A stretch of DNA of 64,000 nucleotides from an uncultured Acetobacteraceae bacterium (GTDB taxonomy: Bacteria > Pseudomonadota > Alphaproteobacteria > Acetobacterales > Acetobacteraceae). This document shows positions 39,686 through 51,700 of this stretch, piece after piece. The stretch's first letter is position 1. Each line of letters opens with the position of its first letter. A program made the position numbers and the translations under genes. Below the pieces are notes generated by a model. It worked only from the letters and a program-made list of their open reading frames with translations. It did no database searches and was not told the origin of the DNA. The stretch covers positions 634,020 through 698,019 of the forward strand of contig CAXSZX010000001.1 in the NCBI GenBank assembly GCA_964242115.1, read 5' to 3'.

Positions 39686-39838
39686 AGGAAGCAAAGCCTC
39701 CTTTTTCGAGAAAAAGAAGCAAAAAGCTTTTGCGCCGGCTGTCGCGGACAGCTGAAACGACACGCCTCACCAACGCACACCTACGAGCACAAAAGTTTTT
39801 TGGTTCTTTTTTTCAAAAAAGAACCGCTTGCCTTGCCT
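39686..39838. repeat. MITE/REP-like element, copy R22
   Basis: Abuts the 5-prime end of the permease gene. Confidence 0.85.
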
Positions 39839-39861
39839 CGTCCAGCTCTAACGCCTGATCC

Positions 39862-40821
39862 ATGGCCGTCTACACCGACGTCTCTGACGAGGCGCTGACC
39901 GCCTTCCTGAGCGACTACGACATCGGCGCGCTGGTGGCGTTCCGCGGCATCGCCGAGGGCGTGGAGAACAGCAACTTCTCGCTGCGCACCACGCAGGGCG
40001 ATTTCATCCTGACGCTGTACGAACGGCGGGTGGACCCGGCCGACCTGCCCTGGTTCCTCGGCCTGATGCAGCACCTCTCGGCGAACGGCATCACCTGTCC
40101 GCTGCCGGTCGGCGGGCAGGACGGCGCGGCGCTGCGCATGCTGTGTGGACGCCACGCGGCCATCACCACGTTCCTGCCCGGCGTGTGGCCGCGCCGGGTG
40201 CAGGTGGCACATTGCGCGGCGCTGGGGCGCGCGTTGGCGCAATTGCATCTGGCCGGCGCGGGGTTCGCACCCACACGCCCCAACGCGCTGGGGCCGCATG
40301 CCTGGGCGCCGCTGCTCGAGCGCTGCCAGGCGCGCGCCGGCGAGGTGCAGCCGGGGCTTGCGGCCGAGCTGACGGCGGCGTCCGCGCGCGTCCTGGGCGC
40401 CTGGCCGCAGGGCCTGCCGGCAGGGCACATCCACGCCGACCTGTTCCCGGACAACGTGTTCTTCCTCGGCGGCGAGATCTCCGGGCTGATCGACTTCTAC
40501 TTCGCCTGCACCGACGTGCTCGCCTACGATTTGGCGGTGTGCCTGAACGCGTGGTGCTTCGAGCCGGATTTCAGCTTCAACGTGACGCGCGCGCGGGCGC
40601 TGCTGCGCGGCTACGGCGCGGTGCGCACCCTGACGGACGACGAAGCGGTAGCGCTGCCGGTGTTGGCGCAGGGTGCTGCGCTGCGCTTCTTGCTGACCCG
40701 GTTGTTCGACTGGCTGAACACGCCAGCGGGCGCGCTGGTGGTGCGCAAGGACCCGCTGGACTACTTGCGGCGGCTGCGCTTTCACCTGGCCGCACGGGGG
40801 TGCCATGACTACGGACTCTGA
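39862..40821 (+). CDS. thrB: Homoserine kinase (type II, APH-like)
   Basis: 319 aa with HADLFPDNV and GLIDFYFAC motifs. Confidence 0.85.
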   Translation: MAVYTDVSDEALTAFLSDYDIGALVAFRGIAEGVENSNFSLRTTQGDFILTLYERRVDPADLPWFLGLMQHLSANGITCPLPVGGQDGAALRMLCGRHAAITTFLPGVWPRRVQVAHCAALGRALAQLHLAGAGFAPTRPNALGPHAWAPLLERCQARAGEVQPGLAAELTAASARVLGAWPQGLPAGHIHADLFPDNVFFLGGEISGLIDFYFACTDVLAYDLAVCLNAWCFEPDFSFNVTRARALLRGYGAVRTLTDDEAVALPVLAQGAALRFLLTRLFDWLNTPAGALVVRKDPLDYLRRLRFHLAARGCHDYGL

Positions 40822-41275
40822 GGCGGCGGGCGAGGCGGACTCGGTGCAGATCTGGACTGACGGCGGCTGCAAGCCCAACCCGGGGCCCGGCGGCTGGGGC
40901 GCGGTGCTGGTGTTCCGCGGCCGCGAGCGCGAGCTGTCCGGTGCGGACCCTGCCACCACCAACAACCGCATGGAGCTGACCGCGGCGGCCAGCGCGCTGG
41001 AGGCGCTGACACGGCCAAGCCGCGTGGTGGTGCGCACGGACAGCGAGTACGTGCGCAACGGCATCACCCGCTGGCACACCGGCTGGGTGCGCAAGAACTG
41101 GCGCACCGCCAACGGCGATCCGGTGGCCAACATGGATCTGTGGCGGCGGCTGCTGGACGCCGCCAAACCGCATCAGGTGGAGTGGCTGTGGGTGCGCGGG
41201 CACGCCGGCGACGTGATGAACGAGCGGGTGGACGCGCTGGCGACGGCCGCGCGGGTGGCGGCGGCGCGCTCGTAA
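40805..41275 (+). CDS. rnhA: Ribonuclease HI
   Basis: [38 protein letters not shown]. Overlaps thrB by 17 bp. Confidence 0.85.
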   Translation: MTTDSEAAGEADSVQIWTDGGCKPNPGPGGWGAVLVFRGRERELSGADPATTNNRMELTAAASALEALTRPSRVVVRTDSEYVRNGITRWHTGWVRKNWRTANGDPVANMDLWRRLLDAAKPHQVEWLWVRGHAGDVMNERVDALATAARVAAARS

Positions 41276-41311
41276 TGTGTGATAGAAGACGTAAGACTTT
41301 CGGCGCCCGGA

Positions 41312-41448
41312 AAGCAAGCAAGTCCTGCCCTTTTGAAAAAAGCAGCAAAAACTTCGTTCCCTGGAGCGCGTGCTGCAGCAACCTCCGCGACAGCGGGACC
41401 AAAAGTTTTTTGCTGTTTCCAAAAAAGCAGGCCTTGCCTTCCTTGCCG
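41312..41448. repeat. MITE/REP-like element, copy R23 (CTGC/GCAG variant)
   Basis: Seen directly in sequence. Confidence 0.75.
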
Positions 41449-41706
41449 GACGTCAAAGTCCAGAGCCGCTAGTGGAAAGGCTGAAATGTCGCCCAGACGT
41501 AAGCTGAGCAGACGTGCTTCTGAGTGAAGCCACGGGCGAGGGTGGCTCCTCGCCGCACGGTGAATGACGGGCACAGGCTCAGACGGAGCAGCGCGCCGCG
41601 GCCTTCTCCATCGCCGCGTCGCTATGCAGGACCACCGGCCAAGCAGAAGCAAGGCTGGCCGACATGGAATGCTTCGGGCGCCTTGATGCTGACCGCAGGT
41701 GTCGGT

Positions 41707-42894
41707 TTACCTCGCACTGGCCACGTCTTTTTCCGTGACCTGGCCGGGCTGCCCGCCAAACGTTCCGACGACGTAGTTGGCCACGGCAGCCAACTCCGGA
41801 TCGGTATAGGCGCCGAAGAAACTGTGCATGAACATCCAGCCCTCCCCGGTCTTCACCTCGGACCCATGCGCCAAGACCTGCAACATGTTGCGTGCCTTTG
41901 GATCCGCGGTTGAATGGTCGCCGGCCAGCGCCGCCCATCCTGATTGCCGGCCGGCGCCACTCGGCAGGTGGCAGCCCGCGCAGGCGTCTGCGAATATCTT
42001 GGTGCCAAGCGGCGGAGAAGGCTCGGCCGGCTTAGGTTGTGGCGGCGCCACCGGCGGGCCGTCCGGCTGGGCATCCACCGTTCGAAGATACGTCACCATC
42101 GCACGCACATCCTCCTGCGTCAGGAAGCGCAGGCTGTTGGTAACGGCTTCCGCCATCGGGCCGCTGGCTGGGCCGTGATGCGGCGCCGTGCCGGAGGACA
42201 GGTACTGCGCCAGGTCGTCGTCCGACCAGCCGCCGACGCCGTGTTCACGGTCACTGGTGATGTTGTATGCGAGCCAGCCCACCTGCACGGCGCCCGCAAG
42301 GCTGTGCCCGCTCAACCCCTGCATCCAGTTGCGCGGTGTGTGGCACTGGCCGCAATGCGCAACCGCGTTTACCAGGTAGGCGCCGCGGTTCCACGCCGGC
42401 GGCTTGGTGATATCGGTCTCGTAGCGATGTGCCGGGTTGTTCACCTGGTTCCAGAACCATAACGTCCAGCGCTGGTTGAAAGGAAAGCGCAGCGCGTTCT
42501 CCGGCGCGGTCGCATGCACCGCGGGCAGAGAGAACAGGTATTGCTTGATGGAGAGCGCGTCCGCGCGTGTCATCAGCGTGTAGGAATTGTACGGCATCAC
42601 CGGGTACAGGTGCTTGCCGCCGTGGCCCACGCCGCGTTGCAGGGCGCCAACCCACTCGTCGTCCGTGTAGTTGCCGATGCCGGTGTCTTTGTCCGGCGTG
42701 ATGTTGGGTGAGTACAGCACGCCGAACGGCGTCTTGAAGGCGCGGCCGCCAGTGTAAGGCTGACCGCCCTCGGCAGTGTGGCAGGCAACGCAATCTGCCG
42801 CGCGCGTCAGGTATTCACCGCCGGAAGGCGTGTCCGCCCACGCCGTGCCGCCCAGCGATGCGGCCAGGACGAGGCTCGCAGGTATGATTTTCAT
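41707..42894 (-). CDS. Membrane-bound aldehyde dehydrogenase, triheme cytochrome c subunit
   Basis: Signal peptide and three CxxCH motifs (CVACH, CGQCH, CAGCH). Confidence 0.8.
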   Translation of the reverse strand: MKIIPASLVLAASLGGTAWADTPSGGEYLTRAADCVACHTAEGGQPYTGGRAFKTPFGVLYSPNITPDKDTGIGNYTDDEWVGALQRGVGHGGKHLYPVMPYNSYTLMTRADALSIKQYLFSLPAVHATAPENALRFPFNQRWTLWFWNQVNNPAHRYETDITKPPAWNRGAYLVNAVAHCGQCHTPRNWMQGLSGHSLAGAVQVGWLAYNITSDREHGVGGWSDDDLAQYLSSGTAPHHGPASGPMAEAVTNSLRFLTQEDVRAMVTYLRTVDAQPDGPPVAPPQPKPAEPSPPLGTKIFADACAGCHLPSGAGRQSGWAALAGDHSTADPKARNMLQVLAHGSEVKTGEGWMFMHSFFGAYTDPELAAVANYVVGTFGGQPGQVTEKDVASAR

Positions 42895-45102
42895 GCTGCG
42901 CTCAACTGTCCGGTGGCGAAGGGTATCCGGCGCAGCCGGCGGCCGCTGGCGGCGAAGATGGCGTTGGCCAGAGCCGGCGCTGCAGACGCGGTCCCTGCTT
43001 CGCCGATGCCGCCGATCGGCGCGCCAGGCGTCGGCACGATGTAGACGTGCACGGGCGGCGTCTCATTCATGCGCAGCATGCGGTAATCGTGGAAGTTGCT
43101 CTGGTCTACCCGTCCGTGACTGTGCGTGATCTCGCTGTACATCGCCATCGACAGGCCGAACAGCAGGCCGCCCTGCAGCTGCGCCTCGACCGTGTCCGGG
43201 TTCACCACCTGCCCGCAGTCCACCGCTGTGTGGATCTGCCGCAGGTGAATCTCTCCCTTGTCGGACACGCCGGCTTCGATCACGGTTGCAACGTAGGAGT
43301 TGAACGCGAACTGCACCGCGACGCCGCGCCCGACGCCGTGCGGCAGAGGCTGGCCCCAGCCGGATTTCTCCGCCACGGTGTTCAGCACGTGCAATGCGCG
43401 CGGATGATGCTGCGACATGTGTTGCCGCCGGAACTCCAGGGCGTCGATGCTCTTCGTAGCAGCCAGCTCGTCGATAAAGCCTTCGACCACGAAGATGTTG
43501 TGCGTTGGTCCCACACCGCGCCACCAGGCAGTGATCACCCCGGGCGTTTCGTGGCGGACGTATTCGTTAAGCTGGGCGGGGATGTCGTAGGGTGTATCGG
43601 TCGCGCCTTCCACCGTGTCAGGGTCGAGTTTGCCGTCCTGTTTCATGCCGACCGGAGCCCAGCGCGCCATCACCGAGCTTGCCGTGGTTCGATGCTGCCA
43701 GCCGGCAATCTTGCCGTTCGCGTCCAGCCCGGCGGAGATGCGGTCGTAGTAGTACGGGCGGTAGAGGTCGTGCTGGATGTCTTCTTCGCGTGTCCAGGTG
43801 ATCTTCACCGGATAGCCGAGATCCTTCGCTATTCGTGCTGCCTGCTCCACGCCGTCCACGTCCAGCCGGCGGCCGAAAGCCCCGCCCATATACTGGTTGT
43901 GCATCACCACCTGTTCCGGCTTCAGCCCGGCGACTTTTGCCACCACGGCCTGTGCGCGACCCGGCACCTGTGTGCCGGTCCAAACATCCGCGCCGTCCGG
44001 CCGTATGTGGATCGTGCAGTTGATCGGCTCCATCGGCGCGTGGCTGAGGAATGGCAGCTGGTACACCGCGTCGAGACGTTGCGCGGCAGCGCCTATCGCC
44101 GCCGCGGCGTCGCCTTGCCGGTTTGCAATCACCGGCTCGCCGGTTTGCGAAGCCTGCGACAGCGCCACAATGATGCCCGGCGTGGACAAGCCGGCATTCG
44201 CGCCGTCATGCCAACGCGCCGCGGCTTCGCGCAGGCCGCTGATGGCGGCCCAGGTATGATCGCCGACCACCGCCACCGCGTCGTCCAGCTTGACCACGTC
44301 CCGCACGCCAGGGACTGCGCGCGCTGCCGCCTCGTCGATGCCGAGCAGCTTGCCGCCGATCACCGGACAGGCCGCGACGGTGGCGAACTTCATGCCGGGC
44401 ACGGTCACGTCGATGCCGAACCGCATCGCGCCGTTCACCTTGTCAGGCGTGTCGAGGCGGTGCACCGGCTTGCCGATGAGACGCCACTGGGCCGGGTCTT
44501 TCAGCTTGACATCCACCGGGGCGTGTTCGGCTGCCGCGGCGGACGCTAGCTGCCCATAGGACAAGCTGCGTCGCGTGGCAGCGTGCGAGACCATGCCCTG
44601 GGCGGCCTGGCAGGATGCCGGGTCCACACGCCATTTGCGGGCCGCGGCGGCGACCAGCATCGTGCGCGCCGTGGCTCCGGCTTTGCGCAACGGGTCGAAG
44701 CTGCTCATGGTCGACGTGCTGCCGCCCGTCGCCTGCTCTCCCAACAGCGGGTTGAGGTAGAGCCTGCCGTCGGGCTCCGCGGCCTCCGGCAGGATCTGGT
44801 CCATGTCCACCTCAAGTTCCTCGGCGAGCAGCATGCAGGAACTGGTGTAGATGCCCTGACCGCATTCCGTGTTGGACATGATGAAGGTGATAGGCCCGCT
44901 CGGCGGTATCCGGATGTATGCGTTCGGCGCAAACACGCCGGGCGCCGCTGGCTGCGGCTGCTGGGCGGCGTCCGCGTCGCCGCCCGGCGGCGTCTCTCCG
45001 CGGGCCCGTATCGGCAGGTAAAGTTCCACGAGCAGCCCGCCACCAACGGCGAAGCCGGTTCGGATGAGGTTGCGCCGAGAGGTTTCCATCATGGGTAATT
45101 TC

Positions 45103-45122
<20 letters not shown>
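42891..45122 (-). CDS. Aldehyde dehydrogenase / xanthine dehydrogenase-family molybdopterin-binding large subunit
   Basis: 743 aa with a Tat signal ([15 protein letters not shown]). 4-bp overlap with the cytochrome c gene. Confidence 0.85.
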
Positions 45123-45555
<433 letters not shown>

Positions 45556-46265
45556 TGCAATCTCCGATCGAGGAAAGCGGTCGAGCGACCTGGGTTGATT
45601 GGGTTTTCTGGAAGCCAGAACAATCGCGCAGAGCGAAATTCATGCCGAGCAGGCATTGTCTGGCCGCGGGAGCAACTGCTGGCCGCCGCAACAGGTGCCG
45701 GTCTGATGGCGCCAAATCGTCACGAACATACTCGTCAGTGATAGTTACTTTGTCAAGAAATTCTATCGGGCGCTCATAGGATCGCTGCCAAACTGACGCA
45801 GAACCCAAAGCTGAACGTGCAAGCATTTACTTAGCTCCAGGAAGAGGGTTGCGTGAATTGCAAACACTCGGGATGTTGACGATGAAGCGATGGTTGACGT
45901 CAGGATGAATGACTGACTGTGCGTTCGGTAGACCCTGCTGCAGCCTGCAGCTGTTGCAAGTGGGCAAGATCACGTCATTGCTGCCCTGACTAATCAGAGT
46001 CGCTTACGAATGTCCGTCGAACCGAAAACACAATCATCGTGTTCGATGAGACGCAACACCTGATCGAGACCGGCCCGAGACGCATCCGTCGAACTGGGCG
46101 TTTCATCAAGAAGCTATCCAAAGCGAGCCTGCGTTCGGCTCGCCGCCGCTGCAGAGCCTGACCGGTGAACGTTCAATCCATGCGCTGGATGCCCGAGGCT
46201 TCCACGTTTACGCGTCCGATAACGACCACCCTTGGGTCTTCCAGAGCTGCCGGCCTCGCCACGCC

Positions 46266-46316
46266 GCGACAGCCGCACCGGAAGTTTTGCTGCTTTGAAA
46301 AAAGCCGGCCTTGCTG
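46266..46316. repeat. MITE/REP-like half element R24 (core + arm)
   Basis: Seen directly in sequence. Confidence 0.6.
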
Positions 46317-46383
46317 TCTTCGCCGAGCCGTCAGGAAACCAAAGGCTCGACGTTGCACTGGTCATGCCCCGTCGCCTCCCAAC

Positions 46384-47619
46384 ATGACGCCGATGCAATC
46401 CCTAGCCCTCCTTCGTCCGCACTGGCGTCTCGTGTTCGCCTGCTTCCTCGGCTGGTTCCTCGACGCGTTCGACCAGGTGATCCTGATCCTGCTGCTGCCG
46501 GAGATCGGGCATCATTTCGGTGTCGGCCTGACTGCAATGGGCCTCGTCATCACCGCGCAGAGCGTGGGACGCATTTTCGGCAACATCGGCTGGGGGTGGC
46601 TGGCGGATCGTTACGGACGCAAGCTCACTTTCATGGCGGGCGTCATTTGGTTCGCCGCCTTCTCCGGCCTCTCCGGCCTTGCCTGGAGCTACACCGCGCT
46701 GGTGGTCATCCAGCTGATGTTCGGCGTCGGTTTCGGTGGCGAATGGACCGCCTCTGCCGCGTTGCTGATGGAGAGCGTCCCCGAACGCGCGAAGTCGGTC
46801 GCGTCGTCGTTGATGATGGCCGGCTACGAGTTCGGCTTCTTTGCCGCGGCCGGCGCACAGGCCGTCCTGCTGCCCCGCTTTGGCTGGCGCGCGCTGTTCC
46901 TCGTCGGCCTGTTGCCGGCTTTGCTCGCCATCTTCATCCGCGTCGGCATCAAGGAAAGCCCGGTCTGGCTGAGGATACAGCAGGAGCGCGGCCGCTCCGC
47001 CGAAGCCGGACGGCGCCCTGTCAAGGACTCCATTCCCTGGAGCCTGCCCACCATCCAGGCCTGCGCGTTCATGCTGGCACTGCAGTTCCAGACCGCGTCG
47101 CTCTACGCTTTCTACCCCACGCTGCTGAAGACCGTGCACCATTACAGTCCCTCGGGCGTGTTCGCCGCCATCGCGCTGTATTCGACCGGTTCCATCCTCG
47201 GCAAGCTGGCCACCGGCGCGCTCGCCACCCGCTTCGGCGACCGACTGGTCATCCTCGGCTGCCTTGCCGCCACGCTCGCACTGCTTGGCCCCTTCGTCGC
47301 CGGCGGCAGCGCACCCGTGCTGCTCGCTGCCGCCTTCGCCATCGGCGGGTCCAGCAGCGGCGTTTTCGCGATGGTCCCGCATTATTTGTCGATGCGCTTC
47401 GCCAACGCGGTCCGTTCGTTGGGCATGGGCGTCGCCTACGCGATCGCCGCCGGCGCCCAGGGTGTGGCTACCTACGTCGTGCCTGCGACCGGCCGCGCCG
47501 TGGGTCTTGCCCACGCGATCGAGTTGTTCGTCGTCGCGTCCACCCTCGCCGTGGCGGCGGTGGCTGCACGGGAACCCCGCACCATGCCAGGAGAGGACAT
47601 GACCGCCGTGTCGCCGTGA
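46384..47619 (+). CDS. MFS transporter
   Basis: 12 predicted transmembrane segments; GRIFGNIGWGWLADRYGRK. Confidence 0.8.
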   Translation: MTPMQSLALLRPHWRLVFACFLGWFLDAFDQVILILLLPEIGHHFGVGLTAMGLVITAQSVGRIFGNIGWGWLADRYGRKLTFMAGVIWFAAFSGLSGLAWSYTALVVIQLMFGVGFGGEWTASAALLMESVPERAKSVASSLMMAGYEFGFFAAAGAQAVLLPRFGWRALFLVGLLPALLAIFIRVGIKESPVWLRIQQERGRSAEAGRRPVKDSIPWSLPTIQACAFMLALQFQTASLYAFYPTLLKTVHHYSPSGVFAAIALYSTGSILGKLATGALATRFGDRLVILGCLAATLALLGPFVAGGSAPVLLAAAFAIGGSSSGVFAMVPHYLSMRFANAVRSLGMGVAYAIAAGAQGVATYVVPATGRAVGLAHAIELFVVASTLAVAAVAAREPRTMPGEDMTAVSP

Positions 47620-47621
47620 AG

Positions 47622-47757
47622 GCAAGAAAGCAAGGCCTGCTGTTTTGAAAAAAGCAGCAAGAAACTTTTACTCCCGGGTGCACGCTGCAAGAAACTCCGA
47701 GACAGCAGAACCAAAAGTTTTTTGCTGCTTTTTTTCAAAAAAGCAGGCCTTGCTTTC
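47622..47757. repeat. MITE/REP-like element, copy R25 (CTGC/GCAG variant)
   Basis: Starts 3 bp after the MFS transporter stop. Confidence 0.85.
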
Positions 47758-47799
47758 TTTCTTTGGGCCCAAGCCGAACAGTTGCGAGGAGGCACGGCC

Positions 47800-48582
47800 A
47801 TGATCCTGTACGACCACCCGCTTTCGTCTTACGCCCAGAAGGTGAAGATCGCGCTCCGCGAAAAAGGCGTCGCGTTCGAGCGCATGTTGCCGGAGGATTT
47901 CGGCACCGGCCGGCGCGACACGGCGTTCGCCGCCGCTAACCCGCGCGGCGAAGTGCCCGTGCTGCTACCGGACGGCAAGACGCCGATCTTCGACTCCACC
48001 GTCATCCTGGAATACATCGAGGAACGCTGGCCCGAGCCGCCGCTGCTGCCTGCTGACAAGCTGGCGCGCGCGCAAGCGCGAATGACCGAAGACGTGTGCG
48101 ACACACAATACGAAGCCGTCAACTGGGGTTTTGGCGAGCTGCTGTGGTTCCGGCGCGCCGATGGAGCGCTCGCGGAGACGCTGAAGGCAGCCGCGGCGCG
48201 CGACACGCAGGCACTGCAGCGGTGGCTCACCGAGCGGCTGGGAAATGCGGACTGGTTCGGCGGCGAACGCTTCGGTTGGGCGGACGCGGCGGCCGCACCG
48301 ATGGTCAACCGGTCCGTACATTACGGACTCGGCCCGGATCGGGGCTCGCCGCTGACGCGGTGGCACGCGCGGTTGCGGGAGCGCCCGGCGGTGGCGGAGA
48401 CGTTCGCCGAGTTCGACGCCGCCGCCGCCCGGATGGCAGCCGCGGCCGACTTCTATCGCACGGGCGGCCGCCGGCGGGAGTATCGCGATCACCGCTTGGA
48501 GTGGATGATCCGTGCTGGGGGGATCGACGTGGTGCTTATTGGGCTTCGCGAGAAAACGATTCGGTTTTCCTGGCCCGGATAA
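47800..48582 (+). CDS. Glutathione S-transferase
   Basis: MILYDHPLSSYAQKVKIAL, GEVPVL, and the SD sequence AGGAGG 7 nt upstream. Confidence 0.85.
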   Translation: MILYDHPLSSYAQKVKIALREKGVAFERMLPEDFGTGRRDTAFAAANPRGEVPVLLPDGKTPIFDSTVILEYIEERWPEPPLLPADKLARAQARMTEDVCDTQYEAVNWGFGELLWFRRADGALAETLKAAAARDTQALQRWLTERLGNADWFGGERFGWADAAAAPMVNRSVHYGLGPDRGSPLTRWHARLRERPAVAETFAEFDAAAARMAAAADFYRTGGRRREYRDHRLEWMIRAGGIDVVLIGLREKTIRFSWPG

Positions 48583-48716
48583 GGAAGCAAGCAGTTCTTT
48601 TTTGAAAAAAAGAACCAAAAAACTTTTGTTCCCTTGGGCGCGCGTTGCAGGAAATGACGGCGACAGCAGGACCAAAAATCTTTTGCTTCCTTTTTTCAGA
48701 AAAGAGCGCCTTGCTT
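48582..48716. repeat. MITE/REP-like element, copy R26
   Basis: Lies between the GST stop and the giant protein stop. Confidence 0.85.
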
Positions 48717-48718
48717 TC

Positions 48719-51700
48719 TTACCCGTGATGCACCAGCACAAACCAATCCTGATGCGCCGTCTCTGTCGGTAGGCTGCGCGACGTTGCAGGTTCTGCCGAC
48801 CCACTCTGTGCCACGATGTCGATCGTCAGACCGGCCACGTTGGCGAAGTCGCTCGTCAGGTGGATCGCTTCGTTGCTGATCGCGCCGCCCTTATAATCGA
48901 TCACGTAGGTGCCGCTGGCGCTGCCCGCGGCGATCGGCCCGAAATTGCCGGCGGTGACGCCGCTGCCGGACAGGTCGCGCCCGTTGATGGTGCCGCCGTT
49001 CACCGTACTCTGCAGCGCGCCGCGCAGTGCGGCCGAGCCTGCAGCGCCGGTGTTTTCGACCTCGAAGTAGGCGGCGTGGCCTGCCGCCACCGCGATGGTG
49101 AGCGTGCCGTTCAGGTCCTGGATGGTGGTGCCGTTGACGCCCACGACGCTGAGCTGCGTGCCCTGACCGTCGATGGTGCCGGTGACGCCGGCGAACGCGT
49201 TGTAGGTGTTGCCGGTGCCGGCGGCAGTGTTGACGTAGTCGCCGGCCACCGTGAGCGTGGTGGAGCTGGTGTTCAGCGTGCCGCCGCCGATGGTCAGCGT
49301 GGAGACCGTGCTGTTGGCCGCGCCGTTGGCGCTGGCCAGCACGGCGGAGCTGCCCCTCGCACCGATGCTGAGCGCGCCGCCGGTGAGCGCAGCGGTGTCG
49401 GTGAAGCCGCCGTTGTCCAGCACCAGACCGGTGTTGTCCAGGCCGCCGGTAAAGGCGAGCGTGCCGCCGCTGACGGTGGCGATGGTGCCGCTGTTGGCGA
49501 ACGGGTCGGCGATGGTGGCTGTACCCCGGCCGGTCTGTTCGAACAGCCCGGTGCTGGTGAACGTGCCGGTGCCGGTGAGCGAGGACACGCCGGCGATGTC
49601 GAACACCCCGGCGTAGGTGAGCGAATCCGAGATGGCCAGCGACGCCCGGTTGATCAACGCGATCTCGCTGACGGTGATGGGCGCGGTGTCGGCCAGGGTG
49701 AAGCGGTTGTCGTCAAGGCAGAGCGTGCCGGTGCCGGTGACGGTCCCGGTGATGGTGTCGCGGCCGGTCAGGTCCAGCGTGCCGCCAGTGGCACTCAGCG
49801 TGCCGGCGCTGGCCAACCCGCCGGCGAGCGTGCCGAAGCCGGAGAGCAGCGAGGTCGCCCTGTCGTTGAGCAGCTTGGAGGTGAGGTCGCCGCCACCGAG
49901 CAGGATGGTGCCGGCGTTGGAGATGCCCAGCGTGGTGGTGTAGGAGCGATCGCCCAGGACCTGCAGCTGCGCGCGTGCTGCGATGGTGGTCAGGCTCGCC
50001 TCGATTGCGGTGCCGCCGAAGCTGACCGACGCGCCGGCGCCGGAGAGGATCAGGTCGGCGGAAAGGGTTTTCACCGCGGCGCCGGTGATGCTCAGCGTGG
50101 CACCGTCGCCGCTGGCGACCGCCGCGTAGGTGCCGCCGGTGAGCACGCCCGCGGCGCTGTCGTTGGTCAGCGTGGCGCCGTTAGAAAAGGTGACGTTGCT
50201 GCCGTCATCGGCCTGGATCAGGCCGGCGTTGGTGTAGGTGCCATTCTGGATGGCCAGCCCGCCAGTGCCCACGCCGAGCAGCTTGCCGGTGGCGGTGTTT
50301 GCCCCGGTGCTGCCCAGGCTGATGGTCAGCCCGCTGGTGCCGGTCGACGAGATGGTGCCGGCGTTGACCAGCGTGAGCTGGCCGGCGCCGATTTGGCCGG
50401 AACCCTCGATGGTGTTGTTGACGTTGTCGAGCACGTCGGCGGTGGCGACGCCGTAGATGCGGTCGGCGGTGTTGGCATCCGAAAATGCGAGGATGCCGCC
50501 GCCGTTCAACGTCAGGGTCGGGCTGTTGATGACCAGGTCGCTGTCGTAGCCGGTGGAGTTCAGCCCGATGGTGCCCTCGTTGGTGATCGTGCCGAGCACA
50601 GTCATGGTGCTGCCGGTCGCCACTTCCAGCGCGCCCTTCAGCACCACGGCGTGCGCGGAGCCGTCGATCGTCGTCTGCCCGTTTGCGCTGAAGTCGCCGG
50701 TGCCGGTGCTCAGCAACAGGCCGCCCTGCACGTCGCCGCCGTTGAGGTAGATGGTGCTGCTTGCGGCCAGGATGGTGCCGGTGGCGTTGCTGACGGTGCT
50801 CTGCAGTGCCAGGCCGGCGGCACCGGTCGACTCGATCAGGCCGTCGTTGGTCACCACCGAACCGGTGCTGATGACGAGCTGGTTGCTGGCCCCTGTCGCG
50901 TCGATCACGCCGGCTGTGCCGTTGACGAGCGTGAGCTGGCCGGCGCCGATCTGGCCGGAGCCCTCAATAAGGTTGTTGAGGTTGTCGAGCACGTTGGTGC
51001 CGGACGCGCCGTATATGCGGTCTGCAGAGTTGTTGTCGGTGAGCTGGATCGTGCCGCCGCCGGTCAGCGTCACCGTTGGGCTGCCGACGATCAGGTCGCT
51101 GTCGTAGCCGGTGGAGTTCAGCCCGATGGTGCCCTCGTTGGTGATCGTGCCGAGCACAGTCATGGTGCTGCCGGTCGCCACTTCCAGCGCGCCCTTCAGC
51201 ACCACGGCGTGCGCGGAGCCGTCGATCGTCGTCTGCCCGTTTGCGCTGAAGTCGCCGGTGCCGGTGCTCAGCAACAGGCCGCCCTGCACGTCGCCGCCGT
51301 TGAGGTAGATGGTGCTGCTTGCGGCCAGGATGGTGCCGGTGGCGTTGCTGACGGTGCTCTGCAGTGCCAGGCCGGCGGCACCGGTCGACTCGATCAGGCC
51401 GTCGTTGGTCACCACTGAACCGGTGCTGATGACGAGCTGGTTGTTGGCCCCCGTCGCGTCGATCACGCCGGCCGCGCCGTTGACGAGCATGAGCTGGCCG
51501 GCGCCGATCTGGCCGGAGCCCTCGATGAGGTTGTTGACGTTGTCGAGCACGTTGGTGCCGGACGCGCCGTATATGCGGTCTGCGGTGTTGTTGTCGGTGA
51601 GCTGGATGGTGCCGCCGCCGGTCAGCGTCACCGTGGGGCTGCCGACGACCAGGTCGCTGTCGTAGCCGCTGGAGTTCAGCCCGATGGTGCCGTCGTTGGT

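Noticed and set aside
41460-41706. Small ORFs (41524..41913 plus, 41579..41938 minus) downstream of the cytochrome c subunit gene
   Set aside because: Poor composition, overlap the 3-prime end of a well-supported gene, and have no motifs.
43047-44549. 500-aa plus ORF antisense to the molybdopterin large subunit
   Set aside because: Same artefact class.
48860-51418. 852-aa plus-strand ORF antisense to the giant repeat protein
   Set aside because: GC-frame artefact; Ala/Gly/Arg/Asp-rich with no motifs.
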